A stretch of DNA of 64,000 nucleotides, taken from positions 46,822,464 to 46,886,463 of the forward strand of contig NC_043011.1 of NCBI RefSeq assembly GCF_006345805.1, written 5' to 3'. This stretch comes from Octopus sinensis. Lineage: Eukaryota. Made by a program: the position numbers and the translations under genes. Positions 1 through 13,124 of the stretch are shown piece by piece; the stretch's first letter is position 1, and the number at the start of each line of letters is the position of its first letter. The notes under the pieces are model-generated. The model had not been told where the DNA came from and made no database searches. It worked only from the letters and a program-made list of their open reading frames with translations.

Positions 1-149
1 TTAATTGAATCTCCCTTAAAAAAAGGAGTGTATCAAATTATTTTTACAGGGATAAAGTTGACAGTGATTTCAAAATTTCATTGCACTTTGTCCATGTGTG
101 TGTGTGTGTGTGTGTGTTTTGTTATGTACAGTATTGTCAACAAAAAAAA

Positions 150-280
150 TGTCACAACATACTGCCTCTCAGCTAATAGGTGTCTGAACAAAACAAGAAC
201 CATAACTGAATAAACCTTTGAAGGTAGAGCCCCAGCATGGCCAGAGTCCAATGACTGAAACTGGTAAAAGTATAAAAGAA
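150..280 (+). mobile_element. tRNA-derived SINE family A, 3' fragment
   Basis: ccagcatggcc..agtccaatgactgaaact..taaaag tail shared with full copies at 20274 and 28031. Confidence 0.65.
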
Positions 281-409
281 TAAAATATATTCATTCATTC
301 TCTACAGACGTATGACGATGATGATGATGATGATGTTCACATTCAGTGATAATCAAATATAATAGCTCAATTATACAAAACACCCATTAACTAAAACACC
401 AATACATAA

Positions 410-578
410 GCACATATACACACATGTAGATTAATGGATATACATACAACCATTCACACACATGCATATAAATTTATATATACATGTATGTATATATATA
501 TGTGTGTGTATGCTTATGTGTTCGTGTGTATGTATATATATATGTACATATATACATATGTATATATACACATATATG

Positions 579-625
<47 letters not shown>

Positions 626-750
626 GCATGTATACATATATTTATATGTACACACACACATATATACATACACACATACATACACACATATATACATTTA
701 TATATATGCATGTATACATATATTTATATGTATACACACACACACACACA
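410..750. repeat. TA/CA/TACA mosaic microsatellite
   Basis: Direct reading; produces the [12 protein letters not shown] ORFs. Confidence 0.95.
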
Positions 751-2194
751 TTAGGATGTGCTGCATCAAAGAATTTTCTTTTTTCAAGTCAATGAAGATT
801 CTTTGATAAAAAAAAAATCAAAACTGGTTGTTAAAAGAAAGAAGTTTCTTTGTGCCGATTCTTCAACAACACTCAAAGTGAAATGAAAATAATGGAAGTT
901 TTTCTTTCTTTTCTTTTACAAAACACACTAAATAAATCTGAACATGACTTTTATTTTAAAGCTGATGTCAGTAATCAGTATTTAACAAGTTTTATCTGAA
1001 TACATAACTTTCAATATTCAATTCAATAAAATATTTATTATTAAAAAAAAAAGTCTTAGTATGATAATTTTTTGATGTTAAATCACTGAAATATTTTTAC
1101 TAACAAAGTAACTGTGATTCAAAAGTAAAATAACTTATGGCCTTTAAAACTCATAGTTTGTGGAAGAGGGTCTTCCAAACCCCTACATTTGGCCTTCAAA
1201 GAAGTTTAAATTTTGTTGATAGCATATAATATTTTATACTTATTCTAAAGTTCAATCATTATCATAAAAATATTTTAAAAATCAAGTTCATACTTTTGTT
1301 TCTTACTTTGAAATAACTTAAAATATTTTGGTATATATAATGAATTATCTTCAATGCGGCATTATCAGAAGATACTTATTTCAATTAAACCCTCAAATAT
1401 AAAAAGTTTCCCAGCCTCTCCCTCACAACATAATCCTTCTATTTTAAACAACAGAAAAATTCTTTAGTAACAATAAAAATTGAAATAAGAATATATTTTA
1501 ATATAAATTTTTATTTTAGATCTCATTCTCATAGCCACAGCCAAGATGAATTAAGTTGTTTTATTTGAAATTTAAATGAATGAAGATGTTTATAAACAGT
1601 CGTAAGTGAATGAGAAACTTTACAGTTACTTAAACAGAGTGAAACTTGAGTAAGAATTCAGTTTTTTTTTAAGGCATTCTACGAAATTTTTTTTTGAAAA
1701 TGGTCAGACTTTAAACATTAATATGACTTGTAGTTATATCTGGGGAATATTTTTTTCCTTAACTTAGTAAAAAAAAAAATAAGATTTGAAAAATATTTTT
1801 TTTATTTCAGTCAAAGCAAAAGAAAAAAAAAATTCTTCAACAGACCCCAAAATGTCAAAAACAAAAAAAATTAATTCAAAATTCTTCGAAAATACTGCCA
1901 AACTCCAGTGAGGAAACATGAGGTGTGTTCGGTTGCTTGCTGGTTGGTTCTGCCTGTTTGTTTATATATTTTTGTTTCAATGTTGAAAACAGATGTTTAG
2001 TTGAAAAAGTAAAGAAGTGAAAATTGCCACCACAATAGAGGCTTAACAGAATCAAAACACAATCAGCATGGTTACTTACCTATATCGAAGATAAACCAAT
2101 CTAGGTATCGGAAAATCCGTCTGCCTATTTCACATATATGATTCATTTCCATAGAATAACAATATAATTCCACAAGGTAAGAGGTAGAGTGTAA

Positions 2195-2589
2195 TAATGT
2201 TGTTGTTGTGGTTGTTGTTGTTGTTGTTGTTGCTGTTGGTGGTGGTGGTGGTGGTGGTGGTGGTGGTGTCAATGCTTGTATTATTAATAATAAGAATAAT
2301 GATAACAATAGGGATACTGATAATCTGGACAATGATGATGATGATGACAACGATGATGATGATGGTTCTACTCTCTCTCTCTCTCTCTCTCTATCTCTTT
2401 CTCTACCTTGTTCTCAACAAGGTAACATACAGAGATATATATACATGGTTATGGACATGTATCTGAAGTTATACACACATGGTTACTACTGTCATGTGTG
2501 TATAAACACACATGTATATACATAAATGTTGACATTTATATATGTGTATATATATGTATATGTATATATATATATGTTTATTATTATGA

Positions 2590-2636
<47 letters not shown>

Positions 2637-3214
2637 TGTATCTATTCCTATTTTTTTCTTTAACTTGCTAATGTTCATACATGTGTGTCTGTGCTAAATA
2701 TTTATGTGTGTGTGTGCGTACTTAAAGGTGTGTGTGTGTGTGTGTGTTATTTTGTGTATGCATGTATGTGTGTGTGTGTGTATGTGTGTGTGTGAGTGAC
2801 TGTGCACATGAGCACGTGTTTGAGTGTATATGAGTATATTCAACTATGTAACTATGCCTATGTGTTCTGACCGCTCAGACTCAACATGTGTGAGTGTTTC
2901 CGTGTTTTCATGTCTAAATTTCTGTTTCCTTCTTATTTCGACATGTGAAAGTTGTGTGTGGGATGTATGTGTATGTATGTATGTATGTATGTGTGTGTAT
3001 GTGTGTGCGTGTTTATGTGTGTGTGTGTTAATGAGTGTGTGCTTATATATAACTACTGTGTGTATGTATGATATATTCATATGAGTTCATAGCACTCTAC
3101 ATAAATTATGAGCATGTGTGTGTTTGTGTATGTATATGTATGACTGTGTGTATATGAATATATATGTATATATGTACGTTTGTATGTGTATGTATATATA
3201 TATATAAATATATG

Positions 3215-3245
<31 letters not shown>
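2195..3245. repeat. Compound microsatellites (GTT, GGT, GAT, CT, GT, TA)
   Basis: Direct reading. Confidence 0.9.
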
Positions 3246-3249
<4 letters not shown>

Positions 3250-3829
3250 GTGTAGTATTATATTATCTTCTTTTAATGTCTCTCAACTGATTTCAACAAG
3301 TATACAACAATAACAGCTACAAGGAAATTATTGAAGAGAACTTGTGTTCATAATAAATATTGGCAGCTGTAGTAGTAGCAGTGGAATGGTGGTAGTGGTA
3401 GTGATGGTGGTGGTGGGAATGTATTGAAGGCCAAGTATAGTTGGTGGTGGTGGTGGTGGTGGTAGTAGTGTTGTCAGTGCTGGTGCCGGCGGGCGGTGAC
3501 GGCAGTGATGGTGTTCACGTAGTGTATTGATAGTAAAACGGTTATAGCCGTGGCAATGGTGTTGGTGGTGGTGGTTGCGGTGGTGGTGGTGGTGGTGGTG
3601 GTTGTAGTGTCAGTGGTTAGAAGGAGTATTTGTTGTTGCTGTAGTTGTGGTTGTGGTGTTTGGTGCTTAACAGTAGTTTTGTCTCTTCTTATGCATTATA
3701 CCGTGGAGCCGTGCGCATGCATGTGTGTATGTGCATGTATACGATATTGCATGTGTGTGTGTATGTGTATGTGTGTGTGTGTGTGGCACTGCATGTCTGT
3801 GTGAGTATATCTTCTTTTATGTTTTTTTT

Positions 3830-4188
3830 TCTTGTTTCACTCATTAGACAGAGGCCATGCTGGAGCATTGAAGAATTTTAGTCAAACATGTCAGCCCCAG
3901 AACTTATTTATTTTTTAGCCTAGAACTTATTCTATGTCAAAACTGCTAAGTTACAGGGACATAAACACACCAACACCGGCTCTCAAGTGGTGGTGGTGGG
4001 ATATAAACACACAGAGGCACACATAAAAATATACGATGGGCTTCTTTCAGTTTCCATCCGCCAAATCCACACGCAAGGCTATAGTAGTAGATACTAGTGA
4101 TACACTTGCACAGGGTGCCATGCGGTGGGACTGACCCTGGAACCATGGGGGTCAGGAAACAAACTTCTAACCACACAGCCACGCCTGT
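3830..4188 (-). mobile_element. tRNA-derived SINE family A
   Basis: Reverse complement of head ggctgtgtgg..gggtcagtcccacc..ggcaccctg(t)gcaagtg, body gatttggcggatggaaactgaaagaagccc and tail ctccagcatggcc. Confidence 0.85.
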
Positions 4189-4329
4189 GTGTGTATGTGT
4201 TGCTATGAAAATGAATGCATGAGTGTGGTACTCTGTGTGTGTGTACCAATGCATGTGGAACATTGTGTTTAGTTTGGCTGTAGTACTTCTGTAGTACTTA
4301 GAACAGTGCAGTGTACTCTTGTGTAGTGT

Positions 4330-5000
4330 GGTACTATGTTATATACTCTGGGATATTGTGATGTTGTACAATGTAACATAGCTGTGGTGTGGTACTATGT
4401 AATATAGTGAGGGGTATTGTGGTGTGGTACCATATAATATAGTGTGGGGTATTGTGAGGTGCTTTGTAATATAGTATATGCTATTGTGGTGGGATACTAT
4501 ATAATATAGTACAGGCTATTGTGGTGTGGTACTATATGGTATAATGTAGGGTATCGTGGTAAGATACTATGTAATATAGTATGGGCTATTGTAGAGTGGT
4601 ACTATATAATATAGTATGGGCTGCTGTAGTGTAGTACTATGTAATATAGTATGGGCTATTGTAGTGTGGTACTATGTAATATAGTATGAGCTATTGTAGT
4701 GTCGTACTATGTAATATAGTACAGGCTATTGTGATGGGGTATTATGTAATATAGTATGGGCTATTGTAGTGTGGTACTATGTAATATAGTATGAGCTATT
4801 GTAGTGTGGTACTATGTAATATAGTACAGGCTATTGTGATGGGGTATTATGTAATATAGTATGGGCTATTGTGGTGTGGTACTATATAGTATAGTGTGAG
4901 GTACTGTGGAATGATACTATGTAATATAGTGCAGGGTGTTGTAGTGAGGTCTAGTGCTGTGTTGTATGATGCATTGTATTGTGCTGTGGTACTATGGAAT
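4330..5000. repeat. 35-bp minisatellite (gtggtactatgtaatatagtatgggctattgtagt)
   Basis: gtggtactat recurs at 4771 and 4806 (period 35); array decays towards both ends. Confidence 0.9.
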
Positions 5001-5514
5001 AAGGTGCAGTGGGCCATGATGTGGTTTGGTGCCATGTAGTATAGTATGCTCTTCTTTGTTGTGGTGCTGAGTTTTATGGAAGTTGTTCTATTGTGTTATG
5101 GTGTGGTTTATTAAGGCAATGGGGTCAGATATGGTCTATGCTAGTGTTGTGTGGTGGGATGCAGTAGGATGTTGTATGGTATGTATTGTACTGTAGTGTG
5201 TGTGCTGGTGGTGGTGTACTAAGGTGTGGTGTACCAAAGTGTACTGGGGTGTCACTCAAGTATTGTGTGGAGGCATTCTGATGTTTTTTCTAAAATAGTA
5301 TAGGGCTAAACCAGGGTGGTGTTCTCTGGTACAGTACAACGATATATTATTAGGCTGTATATATCTACAAAGGAAAACCACCAAAATTTACAAGTCACTT
5401 TCAAAAGTTGCATATTTTCAAAAATTTAATTTCTTAGTTAATTTCTTTCATTTTTTTCATTTTTCCATTCTATTTTTCAGTTTATAGGAAATGGCCAACC
5501 AGCGAAAATGCACC

Positions 5515-5905
5515 ATCCCATTATCATCATCATCACCACCACCAATGCTATCACTGCTATCATTATCATCATCATTACTCCCACCATCCCCATCCTCATT
5601 TATCATTGTCAGTTTCCTTATCATCTTCATCACCACCCAAACAACTGTCACTACTATCATCACCTCCATCATTATCATCATCCCAACCATATCATCATTG
5701 TCACCACCCTCATAATCAACACTGTCATCACTCTTCATTATCATCATCACCGTCATAATCATCACCACCCTCACTGTCATCACAACCACTATGATGATGA
5801 TGATCATCATCATCATCGTCATCATCATCATCACTATCAAACTACTAACCTCAACAGCATCACCATCCTCACCATTACTCTTGTCATCATCATCATCATC
5901 ATCAT
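5515..5905. repeat. Degenerate CAT/CAC trinucleotide tract
   Basis: Direct reading. Confidence 0.9.
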
Positions 5906-5974
5906 CCTCAATTATTGTTGATGTTGTTTGCATACTCTTGTCTCCTCGGTCATCTGTTGATAGTTTACTATAGG

Positions 5975-6242
5975 CGGCTTCCTGCCAGCACCGCCTTGGC
6001 TGGCTTCCGTGCCGGTGGCACGTTAAAAGCACCAACCGATGGTGGCCGATGCCAGACTCCCCTGGCACCTGTGCCGGTGGCATGTAAAAGGCACCCACTA
6101 CACTCGCGGAGTAGTTGGCGTTAGGAAGGGCATCAAGCTGTAGAAACACTGCAGATCAGACCGGAGCTTGGTGCAGCCCCTGGCTTCCCAGACCCTGGTC
6201 AAACCATCCAACCCATGCTAGCGCGGAAAACAGACGTTAAAC

Positions 6243-6270
<28 letters not shown>
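5975..6270 (+). mobile_element. RTE LINE 3'-end copy (5'-truncated LINE or SINE sharing the tail)
   Basis: gtgccggtggcac repeats, gttggcgttaggaagggcatc, aacccatgctagc..gacgttaaac(gat)n; matches the 3'UTR of the LINE at 55970-56590. Confidence 0.9.
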
Positions 6271-6274
<4 letters not shown>

Positions 6275-6475
6275 ACACATTTAAAGTACGTAGTAATGGT
6301 TGTTGTTGTGGTGGTGGTAGTGGTGTTGGTACTGGAGGTGGTGATGTGATGGCAGTGGTGGTGTTGGTGGTGGTGATGGTGATGTTGGTGTTGATGGTAG
6401 TGGTGGTGTTGGTATTAGTAGTTATAGTGGTTGTGGTGGTGGATGTAGTAGTGGTGTTTAGTGGAGTGGTTTGTA

Positions 6476-6668
6476 CTTATTTCTTTATTGCGCACAAGAG
6501 GCTAAACACAGAGGGGAGAAACAACGACAGACAAAGGGATTAAGACGATTACATCAACCCCAGTGCATAACTGGTAACTAATTTATAGACCCTGAAAGGA
6601 TGAATGGCAAAGTTGACCTCGGCGGAATTTGAACTCAGAACATAACAGCAGACGAAATACCGCTAAGT
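6476..6668 (-). mobile_element. tRNA-derived SINE family B, 5'-clipped
   Basis: Reverse complement of gagttcaaattccgccgaggtcaactttgcc(a)ttcatccttt..ccccttgtg..caataaagaaataa. Confidence 0.85.
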
Positions 6669-6692
6669 ATATGAAACATTAGCACGCCAGCG

Positions 6693-6730
<38 letters not shown>

Positions 6731-6762
6731 GTTTAGCGTCCAGCATGGAAAACGGACACTAA

Positions 6763-6799
<37 letters not shown>

Positions 6800-6823
6800 C
6801 GCCAGCGTGCTAATGTTTCATAT
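6669..6823. repeat. Fold-back inverted repeat, about 73-bp arms, 12-nt loop
   Basis: 6669-6741 is the reverse complement of 6754-6823 apart from CpG-type transitions and CAT unit number. Confidence 0.9.
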
Positions 6824-7265
6824 TTCTTTACTGCCCACAAGGGGCTACACACACAGGGGACAAACAAGGACAGGCAAACAGATTAAGTCGATTACATCAA
6901 TCCCAGTGCATAACTGGTACTTAATTTATCGACCCCGAAAGGATGACAGGCAGAGTCGACCTCGATGGAATTTGAACACAGAATGTAACAGGAGATGAAA
7001 TACCGCTAAGCATTTCGCCCGGCGTGCTAATGTTTCATATTTCTTTACTGCCCACAAGGGGCTACACACACAGGGGACAAACAAGGATGGGCAAACAGAT
7101 TAAGTCGATTACATCAATCCCAGTGCATAACTGGTACTTAATTTATCGACCCCGAAAGGATGACAGGCAGAGTCGACCTAGGTGGAATTTGAACACAGAA
7201 CGTAACAGGAGACGAAATACCGCTAAGCATTTCGCACGGCGTGCTAACGATTCTGCCAGCTCGCC
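6805..7265 (-). mobile_element. Tandem duplicated SINE family B (period 217 bp)
   Basis: Near-identical units starting at 6807 and 7024; ORF translations are almost identical. Confidence 0.9.
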
Positions 7266-7739
7266 TGGTGTGATTTGTACTTGTGGCATACACAGTGATG
7301 GTCAACAACATCAACAAGTATTACAGCAGTAGAAAAAGTCACCAAACTGGATAACACACACACAAACACATACAAACACACACACACACTCATATACATA
7401 CATATAGAGTAAGACACTCCCATTCACAACACACATGCACACAAACACATGTGTGTCAATGAAATGATGTTCACAGCTGTTCTGAGTCTGGGTAGGGATG
7501 GGTGAGGTAGGATGAGCTGAGAAGATTACTCATGCAACAACAACAACAACAAAAACGACAACAACATCAACATCAGCATCAAGGTATTTAGTTCCCACCC
7601 ACTTACACAGCCAAGCGGAAAAAGGAGGGGTGTGAGGGTGGTGGTGTTTATAACATGTGTGTGTGTGTGTCTGTATGTGCTGTACTGGTGTAGGAGAAGA
7701 TTTATGGAAGATATGCAGAGGTGACAGACAGTCAGGTAG

Positions 7740-7773
7740 ATAGATACATATATATAGATAGATATATAGTTAT

Positions 7774-7862
<89 letters not shown>

Positions 7863-7995
7863 TAGATAGATTGATAGGTTGGTAGATAGATAGGTAGGTA
7901 GGTAGGTAGGTAGGTAGGATGGTACATAGATAGATACATACATACATAAATAAACAGATAGATTGAAAGAGAGGGAGAGAGAGAGAGGAGAGAGA
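7740..7995. repeat. GATA/GACA/GGTA/GA microsatellites
   Basis: Direct reading. Confidence 0.95.
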
Positions 7996-8229
7996 GAGAG
8001 ATAAGAAACTGTGAATGGACAGTCATATCAGTGTCGGGGTTAGAAGGAGCTGTCTACTGACAATAGACTGGTGTACCAATATATATATATCCATCTGTGT
8101 GTATATATATGTGTGTGTACATGCATATGTGTTTGCATTTAGATAGGATGTGGGTATGTTTATATGCATGTGTGTATATACATTCACACGCACACATATA
8201 TAACAAATGTTTTTATATATATGTATATA

Positions 8230-8260
<31 letters not shown>

Positions 8261-8347
8261 GTTTGTGTGTATATATATATGTTTATCAAAATATACAGTA
8301 TTATAGAACCATTACAGCTGATCTGACCACAACCAACTATATATATA

Positions 8348-8697
8348 GGTGCAGGAGTGGCTGTGTGGTGAATAGCTTGTTTACTAACCACATGGTTCCG
8401 GGTTCAGTCCTACTGCGAGACACCTTGGGCAAATGTCTTCTACTATAGCCTCAGACTGACCAAAGCCTTATGAGTGGATTTGGTAGATAGAAACTGAAAG
8501 AAGCCCATCATATGTATATATGTGTATATGTTTGTATGTCTGTGTCACTCCTCCCCGCCCAGCCAACATTGCCTGACAACTGATGCTGGTGTGTTTACGT
8601 CCCAGTAACTTACAAAGGATAAGTCCTCTTGTTGATTTGCTTGACAGAAGGCGATGCTCCAGCATGGCCACAGTCAAATGACAGAAACAAGTTAAAC
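8348..8697 (+). mobile_element. tRNA-derived SINE family A
   Basis: ggtgcaggagtggctgtgtgg (box A-like), ggttcagtcc (box B-like), ccttgggcaaatgtcttctactatagcc, family tail. Confidence 0.9.
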
Positions 8698-8774
8698 TTT
8701 GTACAACTACTTCTTCCATGTTGGGAGTTTTAGCTTCCTTGGATTTTGCCAATAAAGTATTAAATATTCTTTTG

Positions 8775-9167
8775 TTCTTTTATTCTTTTACTTGCTTCAG
8801 TCACTTGACTTGGGCCATGCTGGAGCAACACTTTTAGCTGAAGAAATCAACTCCAGGACTTATTCTTTGTAAGCCTAGGACATATTCTATCAGTCTTTTT
8901 TTGCCGAACTGCTGAGTTACAGAGAAGTAAACACACCATCATCAGCTGTCAAGCGATGACAGGCACACAAACTCATACACACGCATACACACACACATAT
9001 ATATATACCATAAGCTTCTTTCAGTTTCCGTCTACCAAATCCACTCAAAAGGCTTTGGTCAGCCCGAGGCTGTAGTAGAAGATACTTGCCCAAGGTGCCA
9101 TGCAGTGGGACTGAACCCGGAAGTATGTGGTTGAGAAGCAAGCTTCTTACCACACAAGCCACGCCTA
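8775..9167 (-). mobile_element. tRNA-derived SINE family A
   Basis: Same motifs in reverse orientation; forms an inverted pair with 8348-8697. Confidence 0.9.
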
Positions 9168-9237
9168 TATTTATATATGTATACATATATATTAAGAAGT
9201 GTGTCTATATATATATATATATTTGTATATATATATA

Positions 9238-9294
<57 letters not shown>

Positions 9295-9307
9295 CATATA
9301 TACAGAG

Positions 9308-9347
<40 letters not shown>

Positions 9348-9589
9348 GAGGAGTCTGACAATCAGATAGACAAAGAGATGGATGGATGGAGTGATGGAGG
9401 GATGGATGGATAGATAAAGTGGTATAGAGTTGAAAAATCTCTTTTCTGCGAGTTGATGGGTCAGTTCTGAAATGTCAGATTCCTTTTCTGCCCACCATAT
9501 AGAAACTTATCCAAACTCATGAATTTCACTGTTTAACTGCTTCTGATACATACATGTACACATATACATGCATCAGCTTATTTTACAAG

Positions 9590-9645
9590 AGATATAAACA
9601 CACAGACCAATAGGCAGATATGAATGAGTACACACACACACACAC

Positions 9646-9732
<87 letters not shown>

Positions 9733-9812
9733 CATATATATATGTATGTATGTATATATATGTATGTATGTGTGTATATATATATGTGTGTGTGTGTATA
9801 TATATATGTGTG

Positions 9813-9857
<45 letters not shown>

Positions 9858-9920
9858 GTTTATATATGCATGTATGTATATACATATATATGTATGTATA
9901 TATATATATATATATATATA
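9590..9920. repeat. TA/CA microsatellite
   Basis: Direct reading. Confidence 0.95.
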
Positions 9921-9921
9921 T

Positions 9922-10005
9922 AACGGGAAGCTTTATGAAAATAAACAAAAGACGAAGGCAGGTGAAAACAAACGAACAATTGTATTAGTATGGCGCTCAG
10001 GAAAT
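9922..10005. mobile_element. Penelope-like pLTR fragment (putative)
   Basis: aaacaaaagacgaaggcaggtg..gtattagtatggcgctcagga is related to 45890-46080 and 53030-53100; the PLE assignment is inference. Confidence 0.4.
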
Positions 10006-10656
10006 ATATATGTATGTATGTATGTGTGTATATATATATGTGTGTATATATACACACACACACATATGAATATATATACACACACACAGTTGTGTATGCG
10101 TATGTGTGTGTGGGGGGGAGAGGGCGCGAGAGATCGGTATATAGGAATTGATAAATGCGTAGAGAGTTGAACAGAGAGAACAGACAAGAACTCACTAGTG
10201 TAATTACTGTAATCTTAAGGAAATTTTATTTCATTGTAAGTTTCAAGGTTAGTGTGTGTGTGTGGATGTATGTATGTATGTATGCGTGAGTACTATGTGT
10301 GTATGCAGGAACATCTGTGTGTGTTTGTGTGCATAAGCGTGCATGTGGGTATAGTTTGTAATCATTATTCATTGGTATGAATTTTTGATTGAGTTTGCCT
10401 GTGACTATCTGCTGACTTGGAAAGTTGCCAGTGTTTCAGCTCCAGGTGTAGATCAAAAGCAATCCAGCCATGACATTACAACCCAATCATTTAAGGGCAT
10501 CTTGGTCTTCATTCTATTCAATGTGGCTTTTTTTCTTCCTTGTTTGAGATTGTTGTGATTTGAGGTGGGAGTTGGCAGCTATTTCTAGTAGGCTAGGGCA
10601 ACAAGATAGCCTGCTTTGCTGGCTTGTGTGTATGTATATATATTAATTCATATGTT

Positions 10657-10737
<81 letters not shown>

Positions 10738-10959
10738 GGGACTGAGAGAGAAGTAGGAGGGAGGCAGATAAAGAGTGTAATGTATATGCATGTTTGTTTG
10801 GCAGCAATTCTTTCTGAGTATGTATATAGGTGTGTCTTGTGTATGTATGTGTGTACTAAAATTTAAGGCAAATTTATGTACTCACAGACACAGACTAATG
10901 TATTCATGTACACACACACACATACACCCATATGTATATGTGTAATCATTTGCACACAT

Positions 10960-10991
<32 letters not shown>

Positions 10992-11240
10992 TATCATCAT
11001 CATCCTTCGTACTAACATCTGTTTTTTTCCATGTTTGCATGGGCTACAAAGAATCGGCTGAGGTGGATTTTCTACATCCTTCCTGTTGCCAGCCCTCATC
11101 TGTTTCCTAACAAGGTTAATACTTCCCAATGGCCAGACCTGCTTTTCATGGAAGGTTAGAAATGAACAACACTGCTTGTGCAACAGGGATGCTCAATTAC
11201 AACTATCGTGCATTGTCAAAGTAACAAGATGCACACGCGA
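10960..11240 (-). mobile_element. Diverged RTE-type 3'-end copy with (GAT)n tail
   Basis: (cat)n then aacatctgtttttttccatgtttgcatggg..catccttcctgttgccagcc; related to 30340-30545. Confidence 0.6.
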
Positions 11241-11243
11241 TTA

Positions 11244-11404
11244 CAGGTAAGTTCACCACCATCAATTCACCACAAGGAAAGTTTACAGAGAAAGTATATC
11301 CAAAGAATCTCACCATTAATAGTCAAAAATTATTTTATTGTAAAAAAGGTGAATCGATGATGGTTAACTTTCTTTGCAGTGAATTGATGACAGTGAACTG
11401 GCTG
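11244..11404. mobile_element. MITE-like element with about 34-bp imperfect TIRs
   Basis: agttcaccaccatcaattcaccacaaggaaagtt (11250-11283) versus aactttctttgcagtgaattgatgacagtgaact (11366-11399); no TSD found. Confidence 0.55.
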
Positions 11405-11459
11405 GACACGAAACTCCCCCACCACACATACAAAAGCTTGCAATGAGGTTTTACAGTTT

Positions 11460-11700
11460 CTTATTTCTTTATTGCCCACAAGGGGCTAAATATAGAGGGG
11501 ACAGGCAAACAAGGACAGACAAAAGGATTAAGTCGATTACTTCGACCCCAGTGCATAACTGGTACTTAATTTATCGATCCTGAAAGGATGAAAGGTAAAG
11601 ACGACCTCGGCAGAATTTGAACTCAGAACGTAATGGCAGATGAAATACCGCAAAGCATTTTGCCCGGCATGGTAACGGTTCTGCCAGCTTGCCGCCTTTA
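11460..11700 (-). mobile_element. tRNA-derived SINE family B, full length
   Basis: ggcggcaagctggcagaa head through ccccttgtgggcaataaagaaataag end. Confidence 0.9.
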
Positions 11701-11704
11701 CTTA

Positions 11705-11805
11705 CAGTTTCTGGCTACCAAATCCATTCACAAGGTTTTTGGTTGACCAAGAAGTAGTGGAAGATTCAGGCACAAAGTGCTGTCTGTGGGACTGAGCTTC
11801 ACACC
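11705..11805 (-). mobile_element. SINE family A fragment
   Basis: ctaccaaatccattcacaaggtttt..gaccaag. Confidence 0.6.
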
Positions 11806-11843
11806 ACAAACAATATAAGTTTATAATGGTGCAGCTATGCATT

Positions 11844-11879
<36 letters not shown>

Positions 11880-11904
11880 CATGTGTATGTATACACTCAC
11901 ACAA

Positions 11905-12230
11905 ATTAGCACTCTGTCAGTAACAATGATGAAAGTTCCAGTCAAGCCAATTAATGGAACAACCTACTAGAGAAATTAACATGAGAGTGGCTGAGGACTC
12001 CATAGACATGTGTTCACTTATCATAGTTCTCAAGGATATTCGACATGACATGGAATGTGACAAGGCTGGCCCTTTGAAATACAGGTACTACTCATTTCCA
12101 CAAGCTGAGTAGACTGGAGTAGCATAAAATAAAGTGTCTTGTTCAAGGACACTACACACCACTGGGGATTGACCTCACAACCTTATGATCACAAGATGAA
12201 TAACCTAACCATTAAGCCATGCATCTTCAC
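11905..12230 (-). mobile_element. tRNA/CORE-type SINE, long-tail variant
   Basis: Head gtgaagatgcatggcttaatggttag; CORE-like gtccttgaacaagacactttattt..ctccagtctactcagcttgtggaaatgagta; same variant as 29893-30218. Confidence 0.8.
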
Positions 12231-12275
12231 ATTACATAGATATTTATGTATGTCAGAGTATGCAGATATATATAC

Positions 12276-12314
<39 letters not shown>

Positions 12315-12789
12315 GATATATATATATATATAATATATATATATATATTATATTCATAACCACTTTAACATGGCTGCCCGTTCAAGTGGACCCTACTGCG
12401 ATTTTTTAACCCCAAGAGGATATCTCCTGTAGCTGGTTAATGATGCACAGCAGCATCTGATAAAATTGCAAGCAGGTGGGCTTGTTTCTCCTTTTTGGGG
12501 ATCAGTGACTGCTTCACTGGGAAAAGCATATAATATTTTGCATTTGGAATAAATTCTCATTGCTAGCTGGTGATTATCACACACTGATGACTGGTTTGTG
12601 TGTATTGTGTAAGGCTAGAGATAAGAACAATGATTTCCATTCACAAATACTAATCAGACATAGTGTGTCATTAGCCAGCTGGAGGAGATATCGTCCTGGG
12701 GCTATAAGCAACACTTGCATTGTCCCCCATGGGACTGCCACCTTTATGTGGTAAATATACTTCATGATTCTATGCTACTACTGTTTACT

Positions 12790-12836
12790 TCTCACTCTAT
12801 GTATATATATATAGATGTATATATAAATATACATAG

Positions 12837-12878
<42 letters not shown>

Positions 12879-13017
12879 ATATATACATAATATATACATA
12901 TAGATATATCTATGTATATATATAAATATGTATGCATATATATATAATATATATATGTATATATAAATATATGTATATATATATATATGTATATATATAA
13001 TATATTTGCATATATAC

Positions 13018-13050
<33 letters not shown>
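12790..13050. repeat. TA microsatellite
   Basis: Direct reading. Confidence 0.95.
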
Positions 13051-13056
<6 letters not shown>

Positions 13057-13124
13057 AATATTTATTCTAATAGGTCCAACTTACACAGAGTATGTATGTA
13101 TGTGTATATATATATATATATGTA

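Noticed and set aside
5480-5760. Strong acceptor ttctatttttcag before His/Ser-rich frames
   Set aside because: Downstream sequence is a CAT/CAC microsatellite with no donor
12584-12640. CTGATGA followed by a weak stem
   Set aside because: GATA replaces GAAA, and there is no stem III or stem I
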